From an uncultured delta proteobacterium (GTDB lineage: Bacteria > Desulfobacterota > Binatia > HRBIN30 > BPIQ01): a DNA stretch of 64,000 nucleotides. The DNA lies in contig CAVXGR010000011.1 in assembly GCA_963761335.1 (NCBI GenBank), forward strand, positions 320,001 to 384,000, read 5' to 3'. Positions within the stretch are counted from its first letter, which is position 1. Every line of letters starts with the position of its first letter. Below the pieces are notes generated by a model, which was not told where the DNA came from, ran no database searches, and was given only the letters and a program-made list of their open reading frames with translations. The position numbers and the translations under genes are program-made. Below, one piece after another: positions 46,394 through 55,827 of this stretch.

Positions 46394-46480
46394 GTTACCG
46401 AGCTCTCGAGTTTGCCCCAGAGGCGCCATCGCTGAGCACCGCTAAACCCGACAACCCGCAAACTCGACAACCCGGCAACC
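46352..46480. repeat. Degenerate 8-nt-period palindromic repeat between convergent genes
   Basis: GGGTTGCC GGGTGACC GAGTTGGC GGGCTGGC ... GAGTTTGC, then the complementary arm ACAACCCG CAAACTCG ACAACCCG GCAACC. Confidence 0.7.
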
Positions 46481-46486
46481 GCCGGG

Positions 46487-49400
46487 CTAACGGCCGGCGG
46501 CGACGGCACCAATTGTGCCGCTCGAATCGTCGGCGAAGGGCTGCGCCTGGTCGACCAGTAGGGCCTGGTCATAGCCGACGTGAAACACCTGAACCGGCAC
46601 TGACGGGTCGAGCTGGGCAACGGCAATCTCTCGGCCGGGCATGTCCGGCTCGAGCTCGCCAATGGCGATGTGCTCCAGCAAGCTGGTGCTGCGGTTGATC
46701 ATGTCGGGAATGTCGGTGACGTGCACCGGCTTGCCGCCGGCGATGGAGAAGACCCGCAGCTCGCCGCCGGAGTCGCCCTGCCCGACGATGATCTCGGCTC
46801 CCGGATAGGCGTCGCTGACGTCCGCCACCCAGAGCTGCACTCCGTCTGGGGCCTCTCCCGGGGAGAAGGCGAGGAACTCGAGGGCGATCTCACCCGTACG
46901 CGGATCGATGATGCGCACCAGGCCGTCCCCGCGACTGCCGTCGTCGCCCACGGCGATCTCGTCTCCCGCCCGGTCCGCTAAGATGTCACCGACGGCCAGG
47001 CGATAGGCACAGGTGACCGGCGCGTCGGGGAATGCCGATATGATGCCGAGGCGGCGAGCGTGGCCGCGGTCGAGCCCGAATATGTGAAGACGGCCCTGGC
47101 GATCGCCGACCACGATCTGTTCGCCGGGGTGTTGCGGATCGACCAGCAGGCGCCCCACCGCCAGGCGGAGCGGGTGACGGTCAGCGAGCTGCCGGCGCAG
47201 GGCGCGAAACTCCGCTAGCTGACGCGGCGCACCGTCGGCCATACCGCCAATGACGCGCACCCGGGCCGCCCGGCCGCGGCTGCCGTCCTCGGCGATGACG
47301 ATCTCGTCGCCCGTCGAAGAGGGATCGACATCCCCGAGGACGAAGTTGCTGCTGCCCGATACGGCGGCGCCAGAGAAGGCGGCGAACTCGCTCAGGCGGG
47401 CAGGAGGCGCGTCGGGCTCGAGCCGATAGATCTCCATCCCGTCCTGGTGATCGGCGCCGCCGTCCACTTGCCCCACGACCATCTCCCCGACCCCGTCGCC
47501 GTCGAGGTCACCGATCGCCGCAACCACGCCGCTGGCTTCCTGCGGCGCGTCTGCAAAGGCGGTGACGCTCTGCGTCTGCCGCGCGTCTCTGCCGAAGAAC
47601 TGAACGATGATGTTGGCGCCGCCGGCGCGTCCGCGTGTGATCAGCAGCGGCCAGCGGCGCAGGGCCCAGGTCCACGGGTCTATTGTCGGTGTGGCCGTCG
47701 GCGTCGCCATCGGCGGCACAGCGGTGGCTCTCGGCTCGATGGTCCACGAGGGTGTGGGGGCCGGCGAATCCGTCGCCGTCGGCGTCGCCGAAGGCGTAGG
47801 CGGCTCGGTTCCAGTTTCCGTCGGCGTCGCTGAAGGCGTAGGCGGCTCGGTTCCGGTCTCGGTCGGAGTCGCCGAAGCGGTCGGCAGCGCGGCGGCGGTT
47901 TCCGTCGGCATCGCGGAAGGCGTGGGCGGCTCGGTTCCGGTCTCCGTCGGAGTCGCCGAAGGCGTAGGCGGCTCGGTCCTGGTCTCCGTCGGGATCGCGG
48001 AAGGCGTAGGCGGCTCGGTCCCGGTTTCGGTCGGAGTCGCCGAAGCAGTCGGCGGCTCGGTCCTGGTCTCCGTCGGGATCGCGGAAGGCGTGGGCGGCTC
48101 GGTCCCGGTCGCGGTCGGAGTCGCCAATGCCGTCGGCAGCTCGGTTGCGGTTTCCGTCGGCATCGCGGAAGGCGTGGGCGGCTCGGTTCCGGTCTCCGTC
48201 GGAGTCGCCGAAGGCGTAGGCGGCTCGGTCCTGGTCTCCGTCGGGATCGCGGAAGGCGTAGGCGGCTCGGTCCCGGTTTCGGTCGGAGTCGCCGAAGCAG
48301 TCGGCGGCTCGGTCCTGGTCTCCGTCGGGATCGCGGAAGGCGTGGGCGGCTCGGTTCCGCTCTCGGTCGGAGTCGCCGATGCCGATGGACTGGCCGTCGA
48401 TGTCGCCCTCGCGGTGTCGGTCGGCACCGGCGTCGAGGTTTGCGTTGCCATTTGCGTCGGGGTCTCCGTCGGCGGCGCGGTCCGCGTCAGCGTCGGCGTA
48501 TCGGTCGCGCTCGGGATCTGCGTGCTGGTGCGAGTGGCGCTGGGGCTTTCGCTGGGGGTGGCGGTGGATGTGCCCGTGCGCGTCGGCGTCGACGTGAGAG
48601 TGGCGCTCGATGTCGGCGTGTGGGTGTGGGTGCTCTCGGGGGTATGCGTCGGCGACACGGTCGACGTCTGCGTTTCGGAAGGCGTACGCGTCGAGGTCGG
48701 CGTGGAGGTCGACCTGTAAGTCGAGGTCGCTGTCCAGGTCGGCGTCTTCGAGCTGGTCACTGTCGGCGTGAGCGTCGAGGTCGCCGTCCGTGTCGGTGTC
48801 TGCGTCGGCGTCGAGCTAGACGTCGCCGTCGCTGTGCGGGTCACCGTCGGCGTGAGCGTCGGCGTCTCCGTTCGTGTCGGCGTGAGCGTCGAGGTCGCCG
48901 TCCGCGTCGGTGTCTGTGTCGGCGTCGAGCTAGACGTCGCCGTCGCTGTGCGCGTCACCGTCGGCGTGCGCGTCGGCGTCGCCGTTCGTGTCGGCGTGAG
49001 CGTCGAGGTCGCCGTCCGCGTCGGTGTCTGTGTCGGCGTCGAGGTGGACGTCGCCGTCGCTGTGCGCGTCACCGTCGGCGTGCGCGTCGGCGTCGCCGTT
49101 CGCGTCGGCGTGAGCGTCGAGGTCGCCGTCCGCGTCGGTGTCTGCGTCGGCGTCGAGGTGGACGTCGCTGTCGCCGTCCGCGTCACCGTCGGCGTGCGCG
49201 TCGGCGTCGCCGTTCGTGTCGGCGTGAGCGTCGAGGTCGCCGTCCGCGTCGGTGTCTGCGTCGGCGTCGCCGTCCGCGACGGCGTGGCGGTCGGTGTCGC
49301 GCTGCGCGTCGCTGTCTGCGTGGCGCTCGGGGTGTTGCTCGGAGTCGCCGACGGCGGGATGCTCGCGGCGACCACGGCGCTGCTCATGTCGGACAAGATC

Positions 49401-50581
49401 TCGGCCTGCGACAGCGGGCGATCGTAGATGCGCAGCTCATCGATGGTGCCGCGGAAGGTCTCCCAGGGAGTCTCGGTGGTGCCGATCTCGTAGCGGGTAT
49501 TGGGGCTGGCGGCGATGTCCTGAAAGAAGAACCGCGACGAGGCGTCCCCTGCCAGATAGATCGGGCTCTGTCGAACCCCGTCGATGTAGAGCGAGTTGCC
49601 GCCGGCGTCGACCACGTAGGCGAGGTGGTGCCACTCGCCGAGGCTCGGCAGAGGCACGCGCGCCCAGAAGGTGGGAGCGCAGGCCGGCGTATCGCCCGCC
49701 CAGATCTCCCAGTAGTAGGAGGTATCGACCTGCACCGAACCGAGCTCGAAGGGGTAGGAGCAGCCAGAGGCGTCGTGCCCGTCGAAGTAGCCTTGAAATC
49801 CGGTGGTCCGCGGGTCGACCTTCACCCACACCTCGATGGTGCCGGTGGCGACCCCGTCGAAAGAGTTGTCGCCGGCAAGCTGCACGCCGTCGTGCGTCTG
49901 CCCGCCGCTGAAGGTCAGGCCCTCCCCATAGCGCCCCGGGGACCAGGATGGATATCCGTAGAAGGTCCCGGAGTGCCCGTTGCCGCTGTTGTCTTCGGTC
50001 CATGTGCCGCTGCCCTCTTCGAACCCGAAGGCGGCGATCGGAGCGCCGCTCGACGGAGTCGGGGTGAAGGCGGCGGGGCTTGGTGAAGGCGTCGAGGTCG
50101 GCGGCGTGGTGTGTGTCGCCGTGGCCGTTCGCGTCGCCGTCGGCGGGCTCGTCAGCGCAGCCGTGGGCGGTGCCGTGAAGGTCGGGGTCGCCGCCGGCAG
50201 CCCCGGAGTCGACGTCGGCGGTGCGGGAGTTGGCATCGTCGTGGGATCGAGGACCGTCAGCTCCAGCTCGTTCGACAGCGCGCTCTCCGTGTGGTCGGCG
50301 GCGTAGCTGCTGACCGCGAAGTAGTGCACGTCGTTCATCGACAAGTCGCTGGCGACGTAGCGGATCAACCCGTCGCCGTCGACCGCAGGGGCGCCGACGT
50401 CGGCGCCGGCGCCGTACGGCTCTGCGTTGTCGCGCACGTAGAGCTTGTAACCGGCGGCTTCGGACACCGCGGACCAGGTGACGCGCACGTCATACGCCCG
50501 AGCGGATCCCGCGCCGAGTGCGCACAGGAGAACGAGCCCCAGGGTGATGCGTACGACTCGGCGAGTGCAATGATGGACCAC
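46487..50581 (-). CDS. Large secreted protein: Fn3-like + LamG-like + Thr/Pro-rich stalk + FG-GAP-like C-terminal domain
   Basis: Signal peptide (SARA-Y); YFAVSSY..ESALSNE (Fn3); [26 protein letters not shown] (LamG); [18 protein letters not shown] repeats. Confidence 0.85.
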   Translation of the reverse strand: MVHHCTRRVVRITLGLVLLCALGAGSARAYDVRVTWSAVSEAAGYKLYVRDNAEPYGAGADVGAPAVDGDGLIRYVASDLSMNDVHYFAVSSYAADHTESALSNELELTVLDPTTMPTPAPPTSTPGLPAATPTFTAPPTAALTSPPTATRTATATHTTPPTSTPSPSPAAFTPTPSSGAPIAAFGFEEGSGTWTEDNSGNGHSGTFYGYPSWSPGRYGEGLTFSGGQTHDGVQLAGDNSFDGVATGTIEVWVKVDPRTTGFQGYFDGHDASGCSYPFELGSVQVDTSYYWEIWAGDTPACAPTFWARVPLPSLGEWHHLAYVVDAGGNSLYIDGVRQSPIYLAGDASSRFFFQDIAASPNTRYEIGTTETPWETFRGTIDELRIYDRPLSQAEILSDMSSAVVAASIPPSATPSNTPSATQTATRSATPTATPSRTATPTQTPTRTATSTLTPTRTATPTRTPTVTRTATATSTSTPTQTPTRTATSTLTPTRTATPTRTPTVTRTATATSTSTPTQTPTRTATSTLTPTRTATPTRTPTVTRTATATSSSTPTQTPTRTATSTLTPTRTETPTLTPTVTRTATATSSSTPTQTPTRTATSTLTPTVTSSKTPTWTATSTYRSTSTPTSTRTPSETQTSTVSPTHTPESTHTHTPTSSATLTSTPTRTGTSTATPSESPSATRTSTQIPSATDTPTLTRTAPPTETPTQMATQTSTPVPTDTARATSTASPSASATPTESGTEPPTPSAIPTETRTEPPTASATPTETGTEPPTPSAIPTETRTEPPTPSATPTETGTEPPTPSAMPTETATELPTALATPTATGTEPPTPSAIPTETRTEPPTASATPTETGTEPPTPSAIPTETRTEPPTPSATPTETGTEPPTPSAMPTETAAALPTASATPTETGTEPPTPSATPTETGTEPPTPSATPTATDSPAPTPSWTIEPRATAVPPMATPTATPTIDPWTWALRRWPLLITRGRAGGANIIVQFFGRDARQTQSVTAFADAPQEASGVVAAIGDLDGDGVGEMVVGQVDGGADHQDGMEIYRLEPDAPPARLSEFAAFSGAAVSGSSNFVLGDVDPSSTGDEIVIAEDGSRGRAARVRVIGGMADGAPRQLAEFRALRRQLADRHPLRLAVGRLLVDPQHPGEQIVVGDRQGRLHIFGLDRGHARRLGIISAFPDAPVTCAYRLAVGDILADRAGDEIAVGDDGSRGDGLVRIIDPRTGEIALEFLAFSPGEAPDGVQLWVADVSDAYPGAEIIVGQGDSGGELRVFSIAGGKPVHVTDIPDMINRSTSLLEHIAIGELEPDMPGREIAVAQLDPSVPVQVFHVGYDQALLVDQAQPFADDSSGTIGAVAAGR
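47775..48380 (-). repeat. Coding tandem repeat, 42-nt unit ([14 protein letters not shown]) with a 252-nt higher-order duplication
   Basis: Sequence at 47901 recurs at 48153. Boundaries approximate. Confidence 0.9.
48760..49275 (-). repeat. Coding tandem repeat, 114-nt unit (38 aa, Thr at alternate positions), about 4.5 copies
   Basis: AGCGTCGAGGTCGCCGTCCG recurs at 48771, 48885, 48999, 49113 and 49227. Confidence 0.92.
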
Positions 50582-50594
50582 AGCATCGCATCAG

Positions 50595-50610
50595 ACCAAG
50601 GAACATGCCG
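50595..50610 (-). promoter_or_regulatory. Candidate sigma-54 promoter for the mucin-like gene
   Basis: Minus strand CGGCATGTTCCTTGGT (GGCATG-N4-TTG, G at -12). Confidence 0.35.
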
Positions 50611-51006
50611 TCCGCGATTCATTCTGTGGAGCGAGTGTAGACGCGACACCGGCAGGTATCGGCCCGAGAACGGTGACCGAGAAGCAGCTGTTCCGCACCG
50701 GTCCGTCGGAGGTTTGACGGAAGCGCATCGGCGACTTCGATCGCCGCACATCAGGCGGCATGGCGAGCTTCATACAACGGCGACAACTCGCCGACGAGCC
50801 GTCCGAAATGATCAACTGCGTATCGCTCCGCGTGCCGATGGTGCTGTGAAATCGCTCCCGCACCCCGAAATTTTATCGTCGATCGGATTGGCGCGGGGGA
50901 GGAGCGGGCCATTGGAGCGTGAAGACTGTGACACCACCCGCTGAGATCTGCGCGTGATCTGTTTCGCTTGCCTCCGGGCAGCGCATCGAGGCAGCATGAC
51001 GGCCGG

Positions 51007-52443
51007 ATGTCGCAGCGTACCGAAGCCCTTCGCGCCCTCCCCTCCGTCGATCGCCTGCTGGGGACGCCGCAGGCTCGGCGCCTCCTCGAGATCTACGCTC
51101 GCGGCTTCGTCGCCGCCGCCATTCGCGCCGAGCTCGACGAGCAGCGCGCCGCGGCGCTCGGCGGCGCCACGCCCCCTACGGTGGACGCCCTGATGGCCCG
51201 CATCGCCGAACGCGCGGCGCGCCGGGCGCAATCGTCGCTCCGGCGCGTGCTGAACGCCTCGGGTATCGTCCTCCACACGAATCTCGGGCGCGCCGAGCTG
51301 GCGCGGGCGGCCATCGAGGCGGTCACCGCGGCCGCCGGCACCGTGAATCTCGAGTACGATCTGGAGAGCGGCGCCAGAGGCGACCGCGACCACCTGGTGG
51401 AGGCAGACCTGTGCGCGCTCACCGGTGCGGAGGCGGCCACTGTGGTGAACAACAACGCCGCCGCTGTGCTGCTGGCGCTGAACACCCTGGCGCAGGGGAA
51501 GGAAGTGATCGTCTCGCGCGGCGAGCTGATCGAGATCGGCGGATCGTTTCGCCTTCCCGAGGTGCTGGAGAAGAGCGGCGCCCGCCTGCGCGAGGTGGGC
51601 ACCACCAACCGCACCCATGCGGCGGACTACGAGGGCGCCATCGGTGCCGAGACCGGAGCGCTCCTCAAGGTGCACACCAGCAACTACCGGATCATCGGCT
51701 TCACCGCGGCCGTGCCGGTCGGCGACCTGGTCTCCATCGGCCGCCGCCACGGCTTGCCGGTGATCGAGGATCTCGGCAGCGGCGCGCTCGTCGATCTGCG
51801 CACCTACGGCCTGCCCAAGGAGCCGGTGGTGGCCGAGGAGGTGGCATACGGCCCCGATGCCGTGACCTTCAGCGGCGACAAGCTGCTCGGCGGGCCGCAG
51901 GCGGGAGTGATCGTCGGACGGCGGGCCGTCATCGAGAAGATCAAGCGCAATCCCCTGAAGCGCGCCCTGCGCTGCGACAAGATGACATTGGCGGCGCTGG
52001 CGGCAACACTGCGGCTCTACCTCGTGGCGCCGGATTTGACTGCGGCGCTGCCGGCGTTGCGCTGGCTGACGCGGCCGCTGGCGGAGATCGCGGCCGTCGC
52101 CGAGGAAGGCGCTGCGGTTCTGCGCCAGCTCCTGGGGAGTGACTATCGCGTCGAGATCGTCCCCGGCGTCTCACAGATCGGCAGCGGCGCACTTCCCACC
52201 GAGGAGATCGAGACGCGTGTGCTCGCCGTCAGCCACCCCGAGATCGGCGCCGACGCCGTCGCCGCACGCTTCCGCGCCGCCGAGCCTGCGGTGATCGGTC
52301 GCATCGCCGATGGACGCTTTCTCCTCGACCTGCGCACCGTGGAAAGCGCCGCACAGTTACAGGTGCGGTTGTCGAGCGAGCGGCGGCGGGACCGAGAACC
52401 GGGGGTTGAAGAGGCGGCTCCACCGGCCCGCGGGCCAAAGTAG
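51007..52443 (+). CDS. selA: L-seryl-tRNA(Sec) selenium transferase
   Basis: VLNASGIVLHTNLGRA, VNNNAAA, SRGELIEIGGSFR, EVGTTNRTH, FSGDKLLGGPQAG. Confidence 0.97.
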   Translation: MSQRTEALRALPSVDRLLGTPQARRLLEIYARGFVAAAIRAELDEQRAAALGGATPPTVDALMARIAERAARRAQSSLRRVLNASGIVLHTNLGRAELARAAIEAVTAAAGTVNLEYDLESGARGDRDHLVEADLCALTGAEAATVVNNNAAAVLLALNTLAQGKEVIVSRGELIEIGGSFRLPEVLEKSGARLREVGTTNRTHAADYEGAIGAETGALLKVHTSNYRIIGFTAAVPVGDLVSIGRRHGLPVIEDLGSGALVDLRTYGLPKEPVVAEEVAYGPDAVTFSGDKLLGGPQAGVIVGRRAVIEKIKRNPLKRALRCDKMTLAALAATLRLYLVAPDLTAALPALRWLTRPLAEIAAVAEEGAAVLRQLLGSDYRVEIVPGVSQIGSGALPTEEIETRVLAVSHPEIGADAVAARFRAAEPAVIGRIADGRFLLDLRTVESAAQLQVRLSSERRRDREPGVEEAAPPARGPK

Positions 52444-52493
52444 AAGCGGCGTCTCGCCGCTTCGGGAAGCGCCGGGACGGCGCTTCTACTTTG
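52436..52493. repeat. GTAG-type REP-like doublet hairpin overlapping the selA stop; possible bidirectional terminator
   Basis: CAAAGTAGAAGCGGCGTCTCGCCGCTT-CGGG-AAGCGCCGGGACGGCGCTTCTACTTTG. Confidence 0.65.
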
Positions 52494-52529
52494 CTCTCGA
52501 GACGGCCTCTGAAACCCGCGGCCAGCAGT

Positions 52530-52919
52530 TCAATATCCGCCGCGATAGCCGGCGTTGACCCCCTCCTCGTAGCCGCGCTGGCGACCGGCTTCATAGCGAT
52601 CGGTGCGGCCGCGCTGGACACCGTTCGAGTAGCCGTCGGAGTAGCCGGCATCATACGGGTCCGGAGGAGGAGGCGGCGGATAGTAGGCCTCGCGGGCCAC
52701 CGGCGGAGGCGGCGCGAGGATCTGCCCGAGAATGATTCCGCCGAGGACACCGCCAATGACACCGATGGCGATATCGGCGCCGTTGGAGTGATGATGGCCG
52801 CCACGGACAACGTAATGACCGCGACCGCCGGCGTAATGACCGCGACCGCCGGCGAAGGCGTTGACCGGCACCACCAGGGCGGCGGCCAGCAGAACGATCA
52901 GAAAAGCGCGTTTGATCAT
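52530..52919 (-). CDS. Small secreted Gly/Tyr/Pro-rich protein with glycine-zipper-like segment
   Basis: Signal peptide (AFA), GGRGHY x2, IGVIGGVLGGIILG, YDAGY..GY repeats; AAGGAG upstream. Confidence 0.75.
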   Translation of the reverse strand: MIKRAFLIVLLAAALVVPVNAFAGGRGHYAGGRGHYVVRGGHHHSNGADIAIGVIGGVLGGIILGQILAPPPPVAREAYYPPPPPPDPYDAGYSDGYSNGVQRGRTDRYEAGRQRGYEEGVNAGYRGGY

Positions 52920-52931
52920 TGCTCTCTCTCC

Positions 52932-53219
52932 TTACCAACCGCGGTAACGCCGCGGCGACCAATCGTCGTGATCACCGTCTCCCCACCACGAGCGGCGGTG
53001 ATAGCGGTCATAGCGAGCCGGGGGGCCCCAGCTCCACCAGCCGGCGCGGCCCCCGCGGCAGTCGCGGTCGTAGCGCGGTGCCGGATAGGCGCGGTAGTGA
53101 CGGGCATACGGATGGTTGCGGTAGCGGTGGTGACCGCCGCCGGCCCAGGCGCTGCTGGTCGGCACCACGACACCGAATGCGAGGACCATCGAAGCGACAG
53201 CTAGAGCTTTCTTCAGCAT
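52932..53219 (-). CDS. Small secreted His/Arg/Tyr/Trp-rich protein
   Basis: MLKKALAVASMVLAFGVVVPTSSAWA signal; GGAGGAG upstream. Confidence 0.72.
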   Translation of the reverse strand: MLKKALAVASMVLAFGVVVPTSSAWAGGGHHRYRNHPYARHYRAYPAPRYDRDCRGGRAGWWSWGPPARYDRYHRRSWWGDGDHDDWSPRRYRGW

Positions 53220-53277
53220 GGCATCTCCTCCCGGATGTGGGGACAAACGAGACCCGGCGGAGAAAGTTGCGGTCCGC

Positions 53278-53323
53278 CTGGGAGCGCCGCCGTCCCGGCC
53301 GCAAGTGGTTGCTGGCCGCGCTC
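53278..53323. repeat. Dispersed degenerate REP doublet of the RAYT-associated family
   Basis: CTGGGAGCGCCGCCGTCCCGGCCGC...GGCCGCGCTCC matches the REPs at 57007-57156. Confidence 0.7.
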
Positions 53324-53333
53324 CTCGCCCCGG

Positions 53334-55244
53334 CTATCGCTGGCCGCGAAGCTTGCGGACGTCGCCGACGCGCAGAGTGAAGCCGGTGCGATCGAAGTAA
53401 TCGAGCAGCGCGATGCTGAACTTGCGGCTGGCGCGGATGAGGTCGCGAAAGGTGGCGGCCGTGATCTCGCCGTGCTCGGAGAGATGATGTGCCAGAAGCT
53501 CGCGGGCTCGCTCCAGCGGCGCCCGCGCGAAGTAGAGCTCCGGAGCAATACGCGCCAGTCGATGCTCGCGCTCGAGCTGCGAGAGAATCTCGATGAGCCG
53601 CCGGCGCGGCACGCCGAGATCGGCCTCGATCTCGCGCAGATCTGGAGGCGTGAATCCGGCGGCGGCGAGCAGGGACTCGGCGCGCGCCGCCAGCTGACGC
53701 TCCTCGGCGCCGAGAGAGACGCGATGTGACGGCAGGCGCAGGAGGCTATCGTCGCGCGCCAGCAGGCGGCGGTGCTCGAGGCCGTCGATCAGGCTGCGAA
53801 ACAGCTTGGCCGCCAACCCCGGGGCCACCTGCGAGCGCAGCGATTCCATCTCGACTCCGGGCGACAGCGGCACGGCGCGATGGTGATCGTCCAGCCGGGC
53901 GCGTATGGCGCTCTCGATCTGTCGCACCGCTTCAGCGGTGGCGACGACCTCGGCGCTCTCCGCCTCCGGCAGCAGCACCAGATCGTCGGCGGCGCCCAGC
54001 AGCGCCAGGCTCTCGCCTTCCGGCAGATTCAGCGAACGCCTCAGCTCCGGCAGACCGAGGATCCCGTCGGCGCTCATGCCAACCAGGCCGCGCAGCGCCT
54101 CCGCGGGTCCTCCGGCGCCGGCGAGGCGGCGCAACCCTTCGCCCGCGGCGGCGCGCCGCCGGTAGCGGTGCGCGAACGGTTGCAGCACTCGCCCGCCGCC
54201 GAGCGTCGTTTGCCCCGTCGGGTTGCGCAAAATGAAGCGGTCACCGTGCACCGCCAGCACCGGCTCCTGCAGGATCAGCTGGCAGCAGGCGCTCTCCTTG
54301 GGAGCGACCGCGGTGCGCTCCTCCAGGAGGATCAGCTTCGCCATTCGCTCCGCGGTGCCGAGATAGAAGCGCACCGGCGTATGCGATTTGATTGGACGCC
54401 GGGCGCCGGGGCAAATCTCGACGAGCGCGTCGAGGCGATCGGTGCTCTGCGAAAGCGCGGGATCGACGAGCACGTGGCCGCGGCGGACGTCGGTGCGCTC
54501 GACGCCGCTCAGGTTCAGGGCGACGCGCTGTCCGGCGGAAGCTCGAGAGCAACTCTCGCCGTGCACCTCGATGTGGCGAACGCGGCAGACCTCGCCGCCG
54601 GGTTGCAGCCGCAGCCCATCGCCCTCCCGCAGCACGCCCGAGACCGCGGTTCCGGTGACCACCACGCCGTGGCCGTGCATCACGAAGGCGCGGTCCACGG
54701 GCAGACGGAAGTAGCCCGCCGGACGCTCCGGCGAGATGGTGGCCAGCTGCCGTTCGATCTCGGTGCGCAGATCATCGATCCCGGCGCCGGTGAGTGAAGA
54801 CACGGCAATCGCCGGCGCCCCCTGCAATGAGCTGCCGTCGAGAAGGATCTCGATCTCCTCGCGCACCTCTGCCAGGCGCTGGCTCGGCACCAGGTCCGAC
54901 TTGGTGATCACCGCAATACCGCTGCGCACGCCCAGAAGGTGGAGGATCTCGAGATGCTCCTCGGTCTGCGGCATCACCCCGTCGTCGGCGGCGACGACCA
55001 GTAGCAGGAGATCCATGCCATGGGCCCCGGCGAGCATGTTGCGGATGAAGCGCTCGTGCCCCGGGACGTCGACGATGCCGGCGCGTTCGCCACCCGGCCG
55101 AGCCAGGTAGGCAAAACCGAGGTCGATGGAGATACCCCGCTCCTTCTCCTCCTTGAGACGGTCGGTGTCCTGTCCGGTCAGCGCCCGGATCAGCGCCGTC
55201 TTGCCGTGGTCGATGTGTCCGGCAGTGCCAATGATGGCCGGCAT
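53334..55244 (-). CDS. selB: Selenocysteine-specific elongation factor
   Basis: [34 protein letters not shown]-terminal winged helix [17 protein letters not shown]. Confidence 0.97.
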   Translation of the reverse strand: MPAIIGTAGHIDHGKTALIRALTGQDTDRLKEEKERGISIDLGFAYLARPGGERAGIVDVPGHERFIRNMLAGAHGMDLLLLVVAADDGVMPQTEEHLEILHLLGVRSGIAVITKSDLVPSQRLAEVREEIEILLDGSSLQGAPAIAVSSLTGAGIDDLRTEIERQLATISPERPAGYFRLPVDRAFVMHGHGVVVTGTAVSGVLREGDGLRLQPGGEVCRVRHIEVHGESCSRASAGQRVALNLSGVERTDVRRGHVLVDPALSQSTDRLDALVEICPGARRPIKSHTPVRFYLGTAERMAKLILLEERTAVAPKESACCQLILQEPVLAVHGDRFILRNPTGQTTLGGGRVLQPFAHRYRRRAAAGEGLRRLAGAGGPAEALRGLVGMSADGILGLPELRRSLNLPEGESLALLGAADDLVLLPEAESAEVVATAEAVRQIESAIRARLDDHHRAVPLSPGVEMESLRSQVAPGLAAKLFRSLIDGLEHRRLLARDDSLLRLPSHRVSLGAEERQLAARAESLLAAAGFTPPDLREIEADLGVPRRRLIEILSQLEREHRLARIAPELYFARAPLERARELLAHHLSEHGEITAATFRDLIRASRKFSIALLDYFDRTGFTLRVGDVRKLRGQR

Positions 55245-55277
55245 GGGCTCAGAGGCGAGGCAGCGCGCGCCCGGTGG

Positions 55278-55487
55278 TCACCCCGATTTCGGTGCGCCTT
55301 CGGCGCGCTTGCCGAGATTGCGGAAGGCCGGAGTGGTCGCCACCAACGCCTCGAGAGAGCCGTCCGGCTTCATGCTCTCCGCCTTCGCAGCCTTCGCGGT
55401 GCTCGCCTGGGGATCGCCTGAGCAGCCGCCCAGGACGAGTAGCGCCGTCGCCGCCGCCAATGCCAGAATCCACCGCCGCGAAGCCAT
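55278..55487 (-). CDS. Small lipoprotein (~69 aa) ending at a UGA that is in frame with selB
   Basis: MASRRWILALAAATALLVLGG-C lipobox; GAGGGG 7 nt upstream. Alternative starts at 55493 and 55502. Confidence 0.7.
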   Translation of the reverse strand: MASRRWILALAAATALLVLGGCSGDPQASTAKAAKAESMKPDGSLEALVATTPAFRNLGKRAEGAPKSG

Positions 55488-55587
55488 CCGCATACCCCTC
55501 ATGCCTCTCCACATCTCAGACTGCGTGCGGCGCCGCAACCCCCCGGGCGCGGCCATCTTGGCCGCATCGCCCTTTTGCCCCACATTT

Positions 55588-55726
55588 CCAGTTCTCATTC
55601 CCGGTTCTCATGCCGTCGTCTTCCATTTGGTCTCTGAGCCGCGTGAGATCGGCAAGCTGCATGGCTTGCTCGCAGCTTTCAGAGCGAATGGAAAACGACG
55701 GAATGAGAACCGGGAATGAGAGCTGG
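55588..55726. repeat. Long imperfect inverted repeat (~50-bp arms), MITE/REPIN-like
   Basis: CCAGTTCTCATTCCCGGTTCTCATGCCGTCGTCTTCCATT pairs with AATGGAAAACGACGGAATGAGAACCGGGAATGAGAGCTGG. Confidence 0.85.
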
Positions 55727-55827
55727 GGACCGATGAGGTGGACAACGGAGGTTGGTCGCCTCGCCTTCCCTCGACGGTCCAACGCGTTCAGATTGACAGC
55801 CCGGCGCCCGCCGAGTACCGACCCCAT

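Noticed and set aside
47447..50306. Plus-strand Val/Gly-rich and Arg-rich ORFs (e.g. 47607..48719, 48768..49427)
   Set aside because: Antisense shadows of the Thr/Pro repeats in 46487..50581.
50611..50960. Riboswitch (e.g. c-di-GMP) upstream of the mucin-like gene
   Set aside because: No recognisable aptamer consensus on either strand by eye, only short hairpins.
55249..55512. 87-aa ORF ending just before selB
   Set aside because: It overlaps the lipoprotein frame, which has a clear signal peptide and lipobox; this frame has no recognisable features.
50582..55827. tRNA-Sec (selC) near selA/selB
   Set aside because: I found no cloverleaf with a TCA anticodon loop in the intergenic regions by eye; the 55588-55726 structure is a simple long hairpin. 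tRNAscan-SE would be decisive.
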